Counted from the stretch's first letter, positions 40,280 to 53,758 are shown. The stretch: DNA of 64,000 nt from Tubulanus polymorphus (GCF_964204645.1 NC_134033.1:9866655-9930654); one strand, 5' to 3'. The notes: generated by a model not told the origin, from the letters alone. Numbers and translations are program-made.

Positions 40280-40900
40280 TATACTGCCAGTGGGCCTTTA
40301 AGTTCTCTCGGCAGTCACATGTTGGAAATGGCCTGGTAGGCCTCATGATCTAGTCGCATCAGAAGATGCAACTTCCTCTCCTCCCAGAAGTTTTTTCGAC
40401 AGCTCATGTTGGCCAGATCAGCATTCGTGTCGAATCACTTGAGCCACACACGAAAATTAAGCCCTTTTGTATATGACTTTGGGGCAGGGATATTGTGTGT
40501 GTCACGTTTGACTCGATTAGTTGATCTCCCTAACCTCTTAATAAAGTGTCTGAATTCTCGTGACATATCTTCTTCGTCGCCAGAGCTCTGCGCGTCTGGC
40601 TTCTGATCAGCCAGTATTTCCCGGCCCGATAACTTCGGGTCCTTATCAGGCCTCCGACTAGCTATTTACTCCTCAACCAATCTCATCAACTCTGTGTCAC
40701 TCATAGTGTCATCAATGATATTCATTACCATGGTGTAAATGCAAACTTATATCTGGGCCTCCCAGCTAATGCTGGTTGCAAAAAATACCACTCCCTGGGT
40801 TAAAACAACAATACTCTACTGGGCTCATTAAAGTAGCCTTTCTCACTTCTGCCCTCGGCTGAAAAAATGGTGTAAGTTCGGTGTAGAACATTATAAGAAT
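40280..40900 (-). mobile_element. Degenerate Gypsy gag fragments
   Basis: PAPKSYTKGLNFRVWLK*FD...HLLMRLD (~40350-40500) is homologous to PAPKTYSAGHNFKVWLERFD...HLLMYMD in the ORF at 50718-51062. Confidence 0.6.
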
Positions 40901-41530
40901 TCCTTGATTTCCTACTTTTTAATGGCCTTCTGCACTTTTTGACTTCGTGGACACAAAAACATTGCAACATTGTTTATCGCAGCTATTACTCTTAGTATTA
41001 TACTAAATTACCATCGAATATTTTATTGTAAAATATTTATTGTAGTATATTTATTTGTTAGGCAAATAGTCCTTCGGTTCTAACTGATTTTTAGCAGTAA
41101 ATAAGACATACTGCTTTTTGTCGGCAAATATGATGACTTACTGCCTTTTGTCAGAGTAGCGAAATCTAATTAACTGGAAACAACACAAAATCTTATCTTA
41201 TTTCAAAGTTAGATTTATTCAACATGGAATCATAACAAAAGTTTGGCTAAACATCAGAATTTGAAAACATCATTTCAACTTTAAATCAGATCTTTTTATG
41301 AGATAAAAATTTAAAATTGAATTTTTACAAATTATAGAAATGAATTCATTTTACCGATATCCATTAATAACATTACGCATATTAACTTGCCCATCATAAA
41401 CTCATATTAGGAATCAAATCAGATTCACATTATATAAAATTATTAGTTGAGTGTAATATTCAGTGTAGATCTCATAATTCGTGTAACTTATAAAGCAGAA
41501 CGGTATTTAGAGAGACATCATTCAACAACT

Positions 41531-42570
41531 TCAAGAGTCATTATTATCGATGAGATCAGTCAATATTTCGTTTACAGGGAGGGTTTCCCAAAACGCTGTT
41601 CGATTTTGGGGCATTAACATCAATAACCTGGTGCAGATGTCATTTTTCTTTTCTGTGGTGACCCCCCTAGGCTGCGACCGAACATCAATTGATTCGAGAT
41701 AGCGTTGTTCAAGTATCATTGTTGCAATTTTCTTCTTAAGAAAGAGCCCGAATTTGAATTGATCAGCGTCGTAATTTTTTTTCCATGACATGCCTGCACT
41801 ACCATTTTCAAACTTGACAATTTTAACATATGCTAACATGGGCTTTGAAGTAAACTTAGCTGAAGATGATTCATTTTGAAAAAGAATGAAATCATTTGGG
41901 CTCATACACTCGGCTTTACCAAACTTGTCAACGATCTGTATGAAATCTGGGAAATTATACACATTCTTTGGAGCCTTCATTCCTTTTTCAATTTTTGAGT
42001 GAAAGTTATCAGCGCTCATAAACGTGTGACCTTTTTCCAGGTATATTATTTTAACTGATTAGACGCCCTGATTTCTATTGACCTCAGCACATAATACAGT
42101 GTAGAATGTCCAATTTTTGTTTTGGGCCCACAGGTATCACAGTAGAATATAAAGTTATTTATATCCCTATTATGTCTTGACCGCATGTACTTTATGAAGG
42201 AACTGGCCAGATCTTCATCATTTCGGCCACTTAAGGCTTCATGCCATTAGATACCTGTTGGTTTTATCTTTGAATAATTCATTCCGAGGGGGGCAAATGT
42301 TTCATTGATCACTACAAGTCGACGCGTGAATATAGCTGCTTTCACCCCCGGTAGCCTGGGCATCATTATTACCTTTCGTAGGTCAACTGAGCTAATCAAC
42401 GTGACCCCATCAAAGGGTTTAGAAGCGTCAGCTTTGTACATTTCTCTGGCTATTTTTACATTTTGCTCATGAACTGTCCAATCTTTGCAAATACTGCAAT
42501 CATCGATAGCACATGAAGACTTGTGCTTGTCATATGATAAACAAACTATGCAGAGATAGGGCAATACCTA
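41531..42570 (-). pseudogene. Degenerate Sola-type (probably Sola1) DDE transposase
   Basis: SVDLRKVIMMP, WHEALSGRNDEDLAS, CDTCG.QNKNW and YLEKGHTFMSADNFH motifs, broken by stops and frameshifts. Confidence 0.7.
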
Positions 42571-42730
42571 GCGTTTGAATTAGGAGGAGAAAACAATAAT
42601 ACTTGCATGAAGAGCAATTTTCTCATAGGTGGACTGCTCCCTCTAAACCACATGGCCCTGATAGCTATGTAACATAGGCCACTGTGTCTTCACATTCAAC
42701 ATCGTATTAGATAAAACTTTGCATACATAC

Positions 42731-43200
42731 CTCATGAATACTCTCTGAATTCTCCACTTGCACTTCAAGGTTTGTTGCATATAACTTCAAGCAACTCTGC
42801 AAATGTGGAAGTGGCCTCTGGAGGCCAACCAGAAAGTCCATTCATTATTTCAACAGAACATATCCCTTTACTACAGCTGTTTATTGCCTGAAAGATGAAC
42901 AATTAACGGAAACACTTGAGTTAAGTTTCGCGATTGATCGACTCGCGGAAAAGTGACAAAGGTTTAATAATATTAGACCTAAAAATAAAAGACCTTTCAA
43001 TGGATCTTATTTTAGAAGACAAAACATTCCCATTGAAATCACCTCAAACAAATCCATTTCATCCTGCCTTTTAATGTGCGATAACACAACAGAATGAGGG
43101 ATCGCTGCCTTCCATATTGGTGAAGTGAATGCCATTTCACCGTCATCCATGTAACGCGCGTTCTTTACAGGGGGTAATTGCATAAAATCACCTGAAAGTT
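42731..43200 (-). pseudogene. PIF1-family helicase fragment with introns
   Basis: GDFMQLPPV (PIF1 motif III) and LSHIKRQDE (motif IV). A following exon-like piece (~42731-42888, LQRPLP..LYATNLEV..EN) has AG and GT boundaries. Confidence 0.7.
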
Positions 43201-44622
43201 CAGACACGGAATCAGTATTGAGCAATCATATTGAGATGTCAGATTTGAATATCAGTTATGCCCAAGTTGTTACAACTCGTCCCTACTTCCATCTACAAAT
43301 TTCTTGCTACTACAGCACTGATCACTATGAAGCTGCACATCACACGTGTTCATTCGCTCAAATGCCTTCTTATATCCCTCTTCTGTAGATATCTTCTTTG
43401 AAAGAATATCAACGTCCACCACCTAAAACGTCCACCACCTAAAACAAATAATAATAAAACAATAGTAACGATAGTTCCCTGCTTAAGAATAATATTAAGG
43501 CCTCGGCCATAAAATAGTGTATTACGCAATGATATTAATCCAAACATCACGTGTCATGGTTGATAATTTTTCACCTACCCACCCTATAACTCACTAACTA
43601 TAACTCAAGAAAATCCCTGTCTTATTATCTAGAGCCCAGGCCGTAACGAAATCCCACCCTGTGAACCACCTTTACCATGTAATGCAATGGGTACAGTTCT
43701 GGCATGGAATAATTAAATTTTACTCACCGGTGAATAGTCATGGCTTTCGGCAAGAGGTCACTGTACACTTGCGTGGCTTTGCCAGTCGATGCAGTCAAAA
43801 AAACTTTCCTTCCTCTGTTGACCAACTCTTTGTAGATTTTCTTAACAGTGTAAGATTGTCCGGTAATCAAAAAGTTATGTTTCGCAATCGCTAAATTAAG
43901 CGCTTACACCTGATTTTCATCTAGATCGCCCATTGTGGTATAATCTCATGCAATAACTTAAAAACCGCTGACAAATCTCTAACCAAAGTTCGAACGTGAA
44001 CGCGTCGCGGACCCAACAAAGAACCACACGCAAGCTGTTGCATCATTATATAGCACACTGTGGCCCCCACAGCGCTATCAGCTGATCAGTATCAGTGTGT
44101 CATAGTCGTGATGTGGGTTCGAGTCCAGTCCCGCTGTCTGTTTAAACTGTGCGAAAAGGCCGTTTCCTGTCGTGAAGTTAGATAAATGCAGCGTTAGGAA
44201 ACCAGAACGACGTAACGCAACAAACCACAAAAAAACAAACAAATTTCCCGCTCGAAAGTCGAATGTGACTGAATTTAATTGCTCGAAGACCATGTGTTTC
44301 TATTTACTATCAACATCTCCGCTACTTTCAGCCGAACAATCAATTGTTCGAAGACCATGTGCTATAGGAAAATATTGCCACATTCATCAGGAAGAAAATG
44401 AGCTGGTAGGCCTAAAATTAGAATTTTGGAACTGTTTAATTGGCTTCATGGATTTTTCTGCTAAATACAAAGAATTGCTAAAACACAGCCAATATCAAAT
44501 TTTGTGTCATGCTTCGCAGAGCCCTTATAGTTTTCTGGACATATCTAAACCAAAACTAGCTGCCACGACACAAGTGGAAATCAAAATGAATATATGTGTA
44601 ATTGTACGTCCTTCTAGATAGT

Positions 44623-45838
44623 TAGACTCTGTTACAATATGGTTCATCCAGACAATAAACTCAGTGCACGCAAGTTTTGATTGGCAGTTATTGATAACCT
44701 ATTGGCCGGTTACGTCAATGTTCATCAGCCATGAGTGAATATGAACCACCCTAATGCAGCCAATATTATAAACTGTCTCTCCGGTCGACAATTTCCTGGG
44801 ACTTACGAAAACAAGAGTCATAGACCTGAATGTGTTGTGTGTTCAGACCGACATGGTGGAAAGCGTGTTCAAACACGCACCTATTGCAAGCGGTGCAACA
44901 TTGCAATGTGTGCAACAGTATGTTTTGAACGCTACCATACCCTACAAATCTATAAATAAGGTAAGAAATAAGAGTCATTCAGATATAGCTTTATTGAACA
45001 ATTCATAATCAAACAACTGTGTATGATTACAATATTGCACATTAATAAAGTAGAGTATGAAAACGATTCCAGCCATCATTACACTACTATTTAGCATAAA
45101 AAAGCATAACATATCATAATTATGACAGTACTGCAAGTAAGGAGTGTAAAACATGTTTGTGAGTGTTGTTCTTGGGTTTGATAACTGATTTCTTTTTATT
45201 TGGCTGAAAAATTTTGATTTTTCATGTATTTTTAGGAAAATTGGGCATTACGCATAAATAATTAGCTAATTAGCATGAACTAGAATTTTTTTTAAGAATA
45301 ACAAGATTATATGTTGTGAGTCTATTTAGTAATGAACAACTTCTTCTCATATGGCAAAGCTGCATGATCAATAGTTCAAGCAGTAAAGCACTCTGAATTG
45401 AAGGTACTGGAAATAACTGTAATTCCAGCCGTTATTACACTTTATAAAGATTTAGCCTATAATAGCATAATTTAGCATAATTATGACAGTAATGCAATTT
45501 AGTAGTGTAAAGCATATTCATGAGTGATGTTATATTGGGTTTGATAACTCTTATGTTGGATTTGGTTAAAATTTTTAGGATTTTTCATACAATTTTAGGA
45601 AAAATCAGGCATTTCGCATAATTAATTAGCTAATTAGCATAAATTTTAATAATTTTTGATGAACAATAAAATTATTTCTTGGAAGCTTATTTAGTTAGGA
45701 ACAACTTCTTCTTATATGGCAAAGCCGTATGATCAATAGTACAGCACTCTGAATTGGAGGTATCTAAATACTGCAAATCACAGCAAAACTGCCCAACCTG
45801 TACAGTACACCAGGTACCATAAAACCTCAACGCGTTAA
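44623..45838 (+). mobile_element. piggyBac 3' part (C-terminal cysteine-rich domain, subterminal ~356-bp duplication, right end)
   Basis: CVVC...CKRCNIAMCATVCFERYHT cysteine-rich domain. The block at ~45067-45415 is repeated at ~45423-45770. The element ends ...CAACGCGTTAA. Confidence 0.88.
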
Positions 45839-45845
45839 GAGTTAA

Positions 45846-48376
45846 GGCACGCGAGCAAAAAAAGCCAGAGAACCTGGATCGTTTCGCTGACGCGCTTATG
45901 GAGCTCGCACAAAACGCCTATCGAGACACTGGGCATACACTACAAGATGAGCTAGCTCATGTTCAGTTTCTGACTGGAGTTAATTTACCATTAGCAGCTA
46001 GGGAACAGTTGTACAAGCCGAAGACCTTGCCAGAAGCTGTATCCCTGGCTAGGGGTTTTGAGTCAGCTCGCTGGATAGCTGAAAAACAGGAGTCGAGGGG
46101 GAAATGGGCAATGGTAGTTGAGGCTCAGCCAAAACCCGTCGAGAAAGAGCTGCTCTCCGAACTTATCAAACAGGAACAGGTCTGGAGCTTAAACCTCAGC
46201 ATCGAAAATCCCCATGGACAACCAAATAACCCTGTATATAGTGTAAATGAAAATAATTATGAATATGACAACCTGAATGGTAGCTGCCCGAGGTCTAGTG
46301 GTTTACACCACGGGGAGAGCACACCTTTTAATGGTCAAAGCTCTTCTCCAGAGTGCACCACGGAATCTGAAGCTGACCTACCAACGAACAGTAACTGAGG
46401 GCCCACCCCATTAGTGAGAAGTGAGCAAAACGTAAATATCCGTGACAGTGGCCTCTATTGTTCTGCTATAGTCAATAGCGAAGGGGGAATCTCTGCGCTT
46501 CTTGACACCGGCGCTGGTGTGACTATGCTTCAGTCTGGGAGGCGAGTAATGGGGGTGAAGTGGGGTGCCTGAAACCAATTGATTTTGAATTGGTTATGGC
46601 TACTGGCCAGGACATTAAGGTTAGGGGTTCAGTTGATGTTCACCTTAGTTTGGGGGATGGTAGTTTTATAACCTCAATGGTGATTGCTGATGATTTGTCA
46701 CAGGATTGTCTCCTTGGTGGTGATTTCTTCCGCGGCAACAAAATGTGTGATTGATTAGCCAAATAGAGTCATGAGCTGTGATCCGCCAGACATACCATTG
46801 GAACACAAAGATTCCCGACCAACTGCAGGTCGGCTAATTCTGACCGAGACTTGCAAGATCCCAGCCAGACACAAAATTGTAGCCACTGCTTATCTTGGGC
46901 AGATTTACACCCACAAAAACAATTCTGTCGGAATGGTATGTGGTAGAGCTCCAGGTCCATTCGGCATTGGTAGAACACTGGTTAGCGCGAATAATAACAA
47001 GGTGGCTGTTCGCTTAGCCACCTTTTCGAACGTGATGTGCTGTGCAACCAAGGCGAATTTGTAGGGATTTTCTCTCCTTTAAACAGTATTGAAATCCTCA
47101 CTACCAAGGATAAGAGACCAGATTTCCCCAAAACCCATACTAGTAGTGAGGGTCTAAATTCGTTGTTTACAGAGCTGAGCTCGACACAATAGACATTTCG
47201 GCCAGGGAACACGAGGTCTCAAAGAAGGTTGTCTCTGATTAACGGGATGTGTTTTCCTACGACGACGTTGACATAGGAAGGACTTCATTAGTTTAATTTG
47301 AAATCGATACGAGTGACCATCGCCCAATCAAGCAACAACCGAGGCATTTACCACCAGGTCATAGACAGTTTGTCGTGGGTCATAATTCTGAATTACATAG
47401 TCAGGGCCTCATCCAACCATCACAATCTCCCTGGGCCAGCCCTATAGTTTTGGCAAAGAAGGTAGCCTTAGGCTGTGTTGTGATTATCGGAAGTTAAACG
47501 ATGCTACGATAAAGGACAGCTATCCGCTGGGACGAACTGACTCCACTCATGAAGCTCTGTCAGGGTCGTCATGGTTCTCCTCTCTTGACCTCACAAGTGG
47601 GTACCATCAGATGCCTATATAGGAGGGGGATAAACTAAAGACAGCGTTCTGCACGGAGGATCGATTGTGGATGTGGAACATCATTGCATTTGGCCTAACT
47701 AATGCTCCTGCCTGGCCTTTTGACTCATGCATCCCTGCCTCAGTCCTGGTTCTGTGTGTTTTTCTGCTGGAATCACCATATTTTAGCTTCCACTTGTATA
47801 TAGACCATCATTTGTATATCGACCATCATTTCTATATAGACCGAAAGTCCCGACATGTGAGTCGGTATGGGGATGGCGGGGTCAACACCGTATATCGGTA
47901 AATGGCCAGCCATCGACCCTGCAGCGGTGAACCCTAGTTAACCTCGTGCTTCAGGAATGGATTCAGCAGAAGTGTAAATAATCACCTAGACTCATATTGA
48001 CACTGTGCAATAACATTGTGATTTTATCTCTTGTGAACTTTTTGCAATGGATCCCTGTGCGTTGGACTTAATGTGATCGTGTTGGACTTATAGTATTGCG
48101 AAAGTTATTTTTTGGAACTGAACCGTGTTTGAGCACACATTTTTAGGGGGAGTGGTGTAACGGTATGGCTCCTGACATTATCATGTTGTAATATAGTGTA
48201 TTTGTATTTGTAATAATAAATGTTAGCGATAAGTGGCGTATCGCTCTCTTGAAAAGAATCCATTGTCCTAGTGAGTTGTGTGTGATTCTATTGTCCGGGT
48301 TCAAGACTCTTATGGTCCCCTATTACAGTGGCGATTAACTTTGATATATCCATACCCCAAGACGACAATTGATACA
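45846..48376 (+). mobile_element. Degenerate Gypsy element, 3' part (gag C-terminus, protease, partial RT, PPT, 3' LTR 48156-48376)
   Basis: ENLDRFADALMELAQNAY gag, LLDTGAGVT protease, and SPWASPIVL, DYRKLN, LDLTSGYHQ, FGLTNAPA RT motifs. PPT TTTTAGGGGGAGTGG precedes a TGTAAC...GATACA LTR. Confidence 0.88.
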
Positions 48377-48596
48377 ATGATGCTGAATTTGTTTTTTCGG
48401 TGCGGCAGATGCACCTTTCTCCCCTGAATCAAAACGAAAAACAAGCGTGTAGCGCAAGGATGGGGCGATGCCCAAGTAAAAATCCGCGATTCGACCGGAG
48501 AATGTATAATGGCTACTTTGCGAACTGGGTTGTTTATCCACTCGTATCCGCTAAATATTTTCTCTGTGCAAGTAGCCACAGAGAATGGGGCAAAGA
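48377..48596 (+). mobile_element. Ty1/Copia protease remnant
   Basis: GDAQVKIRDSTGECIMATLRTGLFIHSYPLNIFSVQVATENGAK resembles the C-terminal half of invertebrate Copia proteases. Confidence 0.7.
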
Positions 48597-48647
48597 TTAA
48601 ATTTGAATTAATTTGTTTAGAGCCATTTGTAATGGAAAATGAAAATA

Positions 48648-50645
48648 CAACATAAGAGTTATCAAACCCAATATAACATCACTCATGAATATGCTTTACA
48701 CTACTAAATTGCATTACTGTCATAATTATGCTAAATTATGCTATTATAGGCTAAATCTTTATAAAGTGTAATAACGGCTGGAATTACAGTTATTTCCAGT
48801 ACCTTCAATTCAGAGTGCTTTACTGCTTGAACTATTGATCATGCAGCTTTGCCATATGAGAAGAAGTTGTTCATTACTAAATAGACTCACAACATATAAT
48901 CTTGTTATTCTTAAAAAAAATTCTAGTTCATGCTAATTAGCTAATTATTTATGCGTAATGCCCAATTTTTCCTAAAAATACATGAAAAATCAAAATTTTT
49001 CAGCCAAATAAAAAGAAATCAGTTATCAAACCCAAGAACAACACTCACAAACATGTTTTACACTCCTTACTTGCAGTACTGTCATAATTATGATATGTTA
49101 TGCTTTTTTATGCTAAATAGTAGTGTAATGATGGCTGGAATCGTTTTCATACTCTACTTTAATAATGTGCAATATTGTAATCATACACAGTTGTTTGATT
49201 ATGAATTGTTCAATAAAGCTATATCTGAATGACTCTTATTTCTTACCTTATTTATAGGTTTTTAGGGTATGGTAGCGTTCAAAACGTATTGTTGCACACA
49301 TTGCAACGTTGCACCGCTTGCAATAGGTGCGTGTTTGAACACGCTTTCCACCATGTCGGTCTGAACACACAACACATTCAGGTCTATGACTCTTGTTTTC
49401 GTAAGTCCCAGGAAATTGTCGACCGGAGAGACAGTTTATAGTATTGGCTGCATTAGGGTGGTTCATATTCACTCATGGCTGATGAACATTGACGTAACCG
49501 GCCAATAGGTTATCAATAACTGCCAATCAAAACTTGCGTGCACTGAGTTTATTGTCTGGATGAACCATATTGTAATAGAGTCTACCATTCACTCGAGCTA
49601 TTTCAATAGCAAAATGATAAATAGTTCTGTAGCCTTTGATTTTCTTATGAGGAAATCGGTAGTAAGACGTGAGTTGGTCAAGGCGGTCTACCCCTGAAAT
49701 GAATGTGTTGTACTGGACAATAAGATATGGTTTTTTTATTGTTCTTTATCCATTAGCAGCCTCCCTAGAACAAATTCTGCTGTCAACCGTACCCGCACTA
49801 TGGATAATAGATAATACATGGACACGTTCCGTGTCCTGCCAAGCAACAGCGATCAAGTCTCCTTTTTATAAAATTTTGGGGATCGCCTTTTTTTTTCATT
49901 TTTCCCTCGGAAAATTGGTGTGGTAAACCCTTTCGGTAAGCTCGAACAGTGCCACATGCACCAACCCCATTCCTCTGTAATTCCTCAAGTAAAGATACCG
50001 ATGTATAAAAGTCCATATAGACGTGGTGACTGGTTTTTCTGTGGCTGAGAGAATTTATCAAGTCGATAACTACTTTTTCCGTAGATGTGTGATTCTCATC
50101 GGCATTCGATTTTCCGGTATAACAATTCCAATATAAGCATTAGCCAGTCGAAGCATCACGCACCATCCAAAATTTGATACCAAACGTTTTCGGGTTTTTT
50201 GGCAGATACTGTTTATGATACAGATGTCCTTTGAATGGGACAAGACTTTCATCTATAGACAGTTCTTTTCCAGGCTGGAAACATTCAAGGTATGTTGGAA
50301 ATGTTGCATCGATTATAGGTCTAACTTTGTACAATGGGTCGTAAATTGGTTGACCATGAGCCACTTGAGTCAAATAATCAGAAAAGTGCAGGAATGTGTT
50401 TATCAATTTGAATTTATTGATAGGCATGATGTTATCGAATCCTGGTGTATGCAAATGAGGGGTCGTCTCCCAGTAGTCTGCAGTACTGCGTTTAGTAACC
50501 AGTCCAGTCCAGTCTTGATTTCTAGGGCCGTAAAAGCTTTTATGACACTTTCAGTAACATCCTCCCATTTCAAGAACCTAGAATATGGAGGGAGCTCCAC
50601 TGGAGGGAGCTCCGAAGTCGCCGATCGGCGACCGCAACCAGTTAA
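48648..50645 (-). mobile_element. piggyBac 5' and central part (degenerate transposase)
   Basis: MPINKFKLINTFLHF, ELSIDESLVPFKG...KPKTFGIKFW-like, HVYMDFYTSVSL...ACGTVR and the cysteine-rich domain. Left end TTAACTGGTTG. Bases 48648-49584 are an inverted near-identical copy of 44623-45558. Confidence 0.9.
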
Positions 50646-50652
50646 GATTTAA

Positions 50653-51630
50653 GCATGAGCTTATAATCGCCAGGCGATTTTGTTAAGGACATACAGTCTT
50701 TAATCGCTACCAAGAATTCATCTTAAGTCAGTTTGTCTGACAGGTAAAGGTGATGGCCAGATGTGACCATGATCCATATACATCAAAAGATGATCCTTCT
50801 GCACGGAAGGATCAGTTATCCCCATGAGTTTGCAGTAACTGTCAAATCTCTCGAGCCATACCTTAAAATTGTGGCCAGCGCTGTAGGTTTTTGGCGCAGG
50901 TACCTTGACCTTGATGTTGTGCCTAGGTTTGGCCGGCTCAGAGGGTGATTCGGACCTCCTATTTTTAATTTTATGCTCCACATATTGTGTAACAGATGTG
51001 AGGAACTGATTCACGTCGAAGTGACTGGCATCTTGTTCAGAATGTTCCCCCGGCATCGACATTATAAGTACAAGTCAGTTAATTCAACTCAGTCACAATA
51101 TTAAAGAAAAGATAAACCAAAGTCCAGTTTTTTCTTATACTGCTCTCTCCAGCAATGGCTATAATAGTAATTTTCTTTTCTAATTTTCTCTAGTTCCAAT
51201 TCTGATCAAATAATGGATATGACAAGTTAACGGTTTTAACTGCTATGAGTGTCCGTTATAAGTCTTTCAAGTATTTTCTAATCAGTAACGGTAAACGTGG
51301 TTTGCTCAGACTAGGTTCCCAGCGTGGGGCCGCATTAAATTAAAAAGACCATAAAATACATGACAATCGAAATAAAATCCCATTTTGCTGCCACCAGTGT
51401 AACAATTGTCATCTTGGGGTATTCTTATGGATATATCCGGGTTAATTGCCGCTGTAATAGGGTCCGATAATAGTTTCGAAGCGGGAAAATAGAACCACAC
51501 ACAACTCACCAGGACAATGGATTCTTTTCAAGAGAGCAATAGATACGCCACCTATCGTTAACATTTATCGTTACAAATACAAATACATTTTTTAATAAAA
51601 CATTATAATGTCGGCAGCCACACCGTTACA
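50653..51630 (-). mobile_element. Degenerate Gypsy element, 5' part (5' LTR 51398-51630, PBS, gag N-terminus)
   Basis: The LTR TGTAACGGTGTGGC...TTGTTACA is homologous to, but clearly diverged from, 48156-48376. PBS TGGTGGCAGC at 51387-51396. Gag ORF at 50718-51062. Confidence 0.85.
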
Positions 51631-52160
51631 CCATCATTGTTGTGGTTGAGCAACTTTGCTCCATCTTGTTTTCCGCATGTCACATCGTTCCGTGATGTGT
51701 TTTTGCATAGATTACACCATTTCTTGCCGTTGTAATTATTCCTGCTTTTGGTATAACTATTAACCTAACCGAACCTGCAATTTCTCGCGAAGTGTCTGGG
51801 TTGATTTATATTGCATTTATAATGCAGTTTCTCACTGCCGATTGTATTCATGATCGAATCGTCTCGATTGCATCTACTGGCTCGCTCTGTCTCGTCAAAA
51901 CTACGCAAAGCATCTTAAAAATCAGTAAACCTCTGTTCTTTGTCACTTTGTGTAATAACTACGGTAAAGGGTTTAAACGATTCTGGTAACCCTTTGATTA
52001 CCATTGCAACTAAAAGATTATCGCTGATAGTTCCACCGGCATCTCTAAAGGATGTTGCAGCCTTTTCAGCCCTCAAAACATAGTCCGTTACCGATTCTTG
52101 TCTTAATTTCGACAGAAAAGTAAGTTCTGTATATAGGGAAATAATGCTTGGTTTTTCCCT
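51631..52160 (-). mobile_element. Ty1/Copia gag remnant
   Basis: LYTELTFLSKLRQESVTDYVLRAE...LLVAMVIKGLPESFKPF is a Copia-type gag, followed by a WCNLCKNT knuckle-like motif. Confidence 0.8.
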
Positions 52161-53337
52161 TACCTTTGGACAAACTAAATTTTGTGTGGGTGCGGCTGCC
52201 TTCATTGCGCCAATTCCATGATCTGCCGCAGACTGAAACCTTTTGATTGACTCATTGAGGTTAAATCTTACATTTTGCTCGGTGCATCTTCCACAGATGT
52301 AAACAAATTTGCTTCTTGCCAGACATTGAAGATGTTGAAGCGTGAGACCTTCACGGTTCACATTTCTCACAGAAAACTGTTCCATCTTTGCATTCAGGCA
52401 CTGCACGGATAGACTACCATCTCGTTATGTAAGTCAGGCTGTGTAAAAACTTTTCTTGGACACTGTATATATTCGTTGTCAAAGGATTGTTGGATATGAT
52501 CTCACTATCAAAATATGTCCCTTTATATTACAGCTGGGATACATTCTGTTCACCAATTATTTATATTTTTATATTTTTTTGTTTTTGTGTGATGTATGCT
52601 AAATGATTACCAACTAATTTACCTGGTGGTTTGCTGATCATTTAACAGGATCTAACATTCTGAGAATTTAAGTAGTTATTTGCCTAAATTGAGTGACTAG
52701 ATTCCAGTTCACTCAGGTCAAGGCAAACTATTGCTCTTTTGATCTATCGAAGTGTGTACTAATTAACCAAAAAATTCATTTAATTTGAATGACTAGATTT
52801 CAACTTAAATTTTGCACAGGCAAACTAATTCTCTTTTGTTTCTTGCTTCAAAATATGCTTGATGACATAAGGCAGCCAGAGACATGACATTGTAAAAGTT
52901 TTAATTCCATAGAATTGGAAAAAATAATAGAATTACGACAGTGTATGTTACATTTAACTTTGCATGTGTATTTCAAGTATATGATACGATGAATTCAATC
53001 TTTTTACGTGTTTGCTGCCATTTAGCTTCTACGGTCCGGTCGCCATTGCCAATGCTAATTTTTGAAATTATACAATTTATGTGCTGCCAGCACTATTTGT
53101 AGATTGATAAACCAATACACTGATCTATCTTAGTGAAAAAAATCAACGCCAATACACGGCACCAAAATGTATGAATTATGAGTAGAATCCTAGAGACGGA
53201 GTTACAGAATACGTGGTTCTAGATGAACGCTATACTGCAAGTGATTTATTTTCTTATTCTCACGAATGCGTACAAATGTGATACAGATGTTAAGATTAAA
53301 TAGGTTACATGAGTCATACTTCAAGTCTTTCTTGACA

Positions 53338-53758
53338 TTAACTCGTCACTGGCAATGGTGAAGAGATTCTCTATTTTTTCCTGTCCCCATTGCCAGCGAA
53401 AAGTGTGAAAAATCAAATAGAAATCTAAAAGAAAAAAAGTTTCATCCTGAAAATGATATAGAATGATTTTAGTCGTTATATACTCTCCAACTATTGGCCG
53501 GAAAAAATGCTAAAATTCTTTGCTTTCTGAAGATTTTTATTTAAAAAATTCAAGTGTGCACCGGACTTCAGTTCTCCCCATAAATAGTATCTTAGTCTAT
53601 CCATACTGCCAGACAATTCTTAGCTGGTTTCTCGCCTCTGCCAGTTTGTTCATAAAGCTATGAAATGACGTTGAATCAATGATGATATAACTCGTCATGG
53701 CAAACAGCAGTACACCCACCATGACGATTTATCTCGTCAGCTGCAGTGAACGTGTTAA
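53338..53758. mobile_element. TTAA-flanked MITE (piggyBac-like)
   Basis: TTAACTCGTCACTGGC at the left and GCAGTGAACGTGTTAA at the right form imperfect TIRs bounded by TTAA. Confidence 0.5.

Noticed and set aside
44075-44135. tRNA-like B box GGTTCGAGTCC (a reverse one also lies near 26320)
   Set aside because: No convincing cloverleaf or acceptor stem. At most a decayed SINE head.
44172-44621. 149-aa + strand ORF
   Set aside because: No recognisable motif, a non-ATG start, and it ends at the inversion breakpoint.
51915-52406. 163-aa ORF as a novel fusion gene (cysteine-containing N-terminal part plus Copia gag)
   Set aside because: It has no true ATG start and joins unrelated fragments near 52160. 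The downstream gag is frameshifted, so this is most likely chance juxtaposition.
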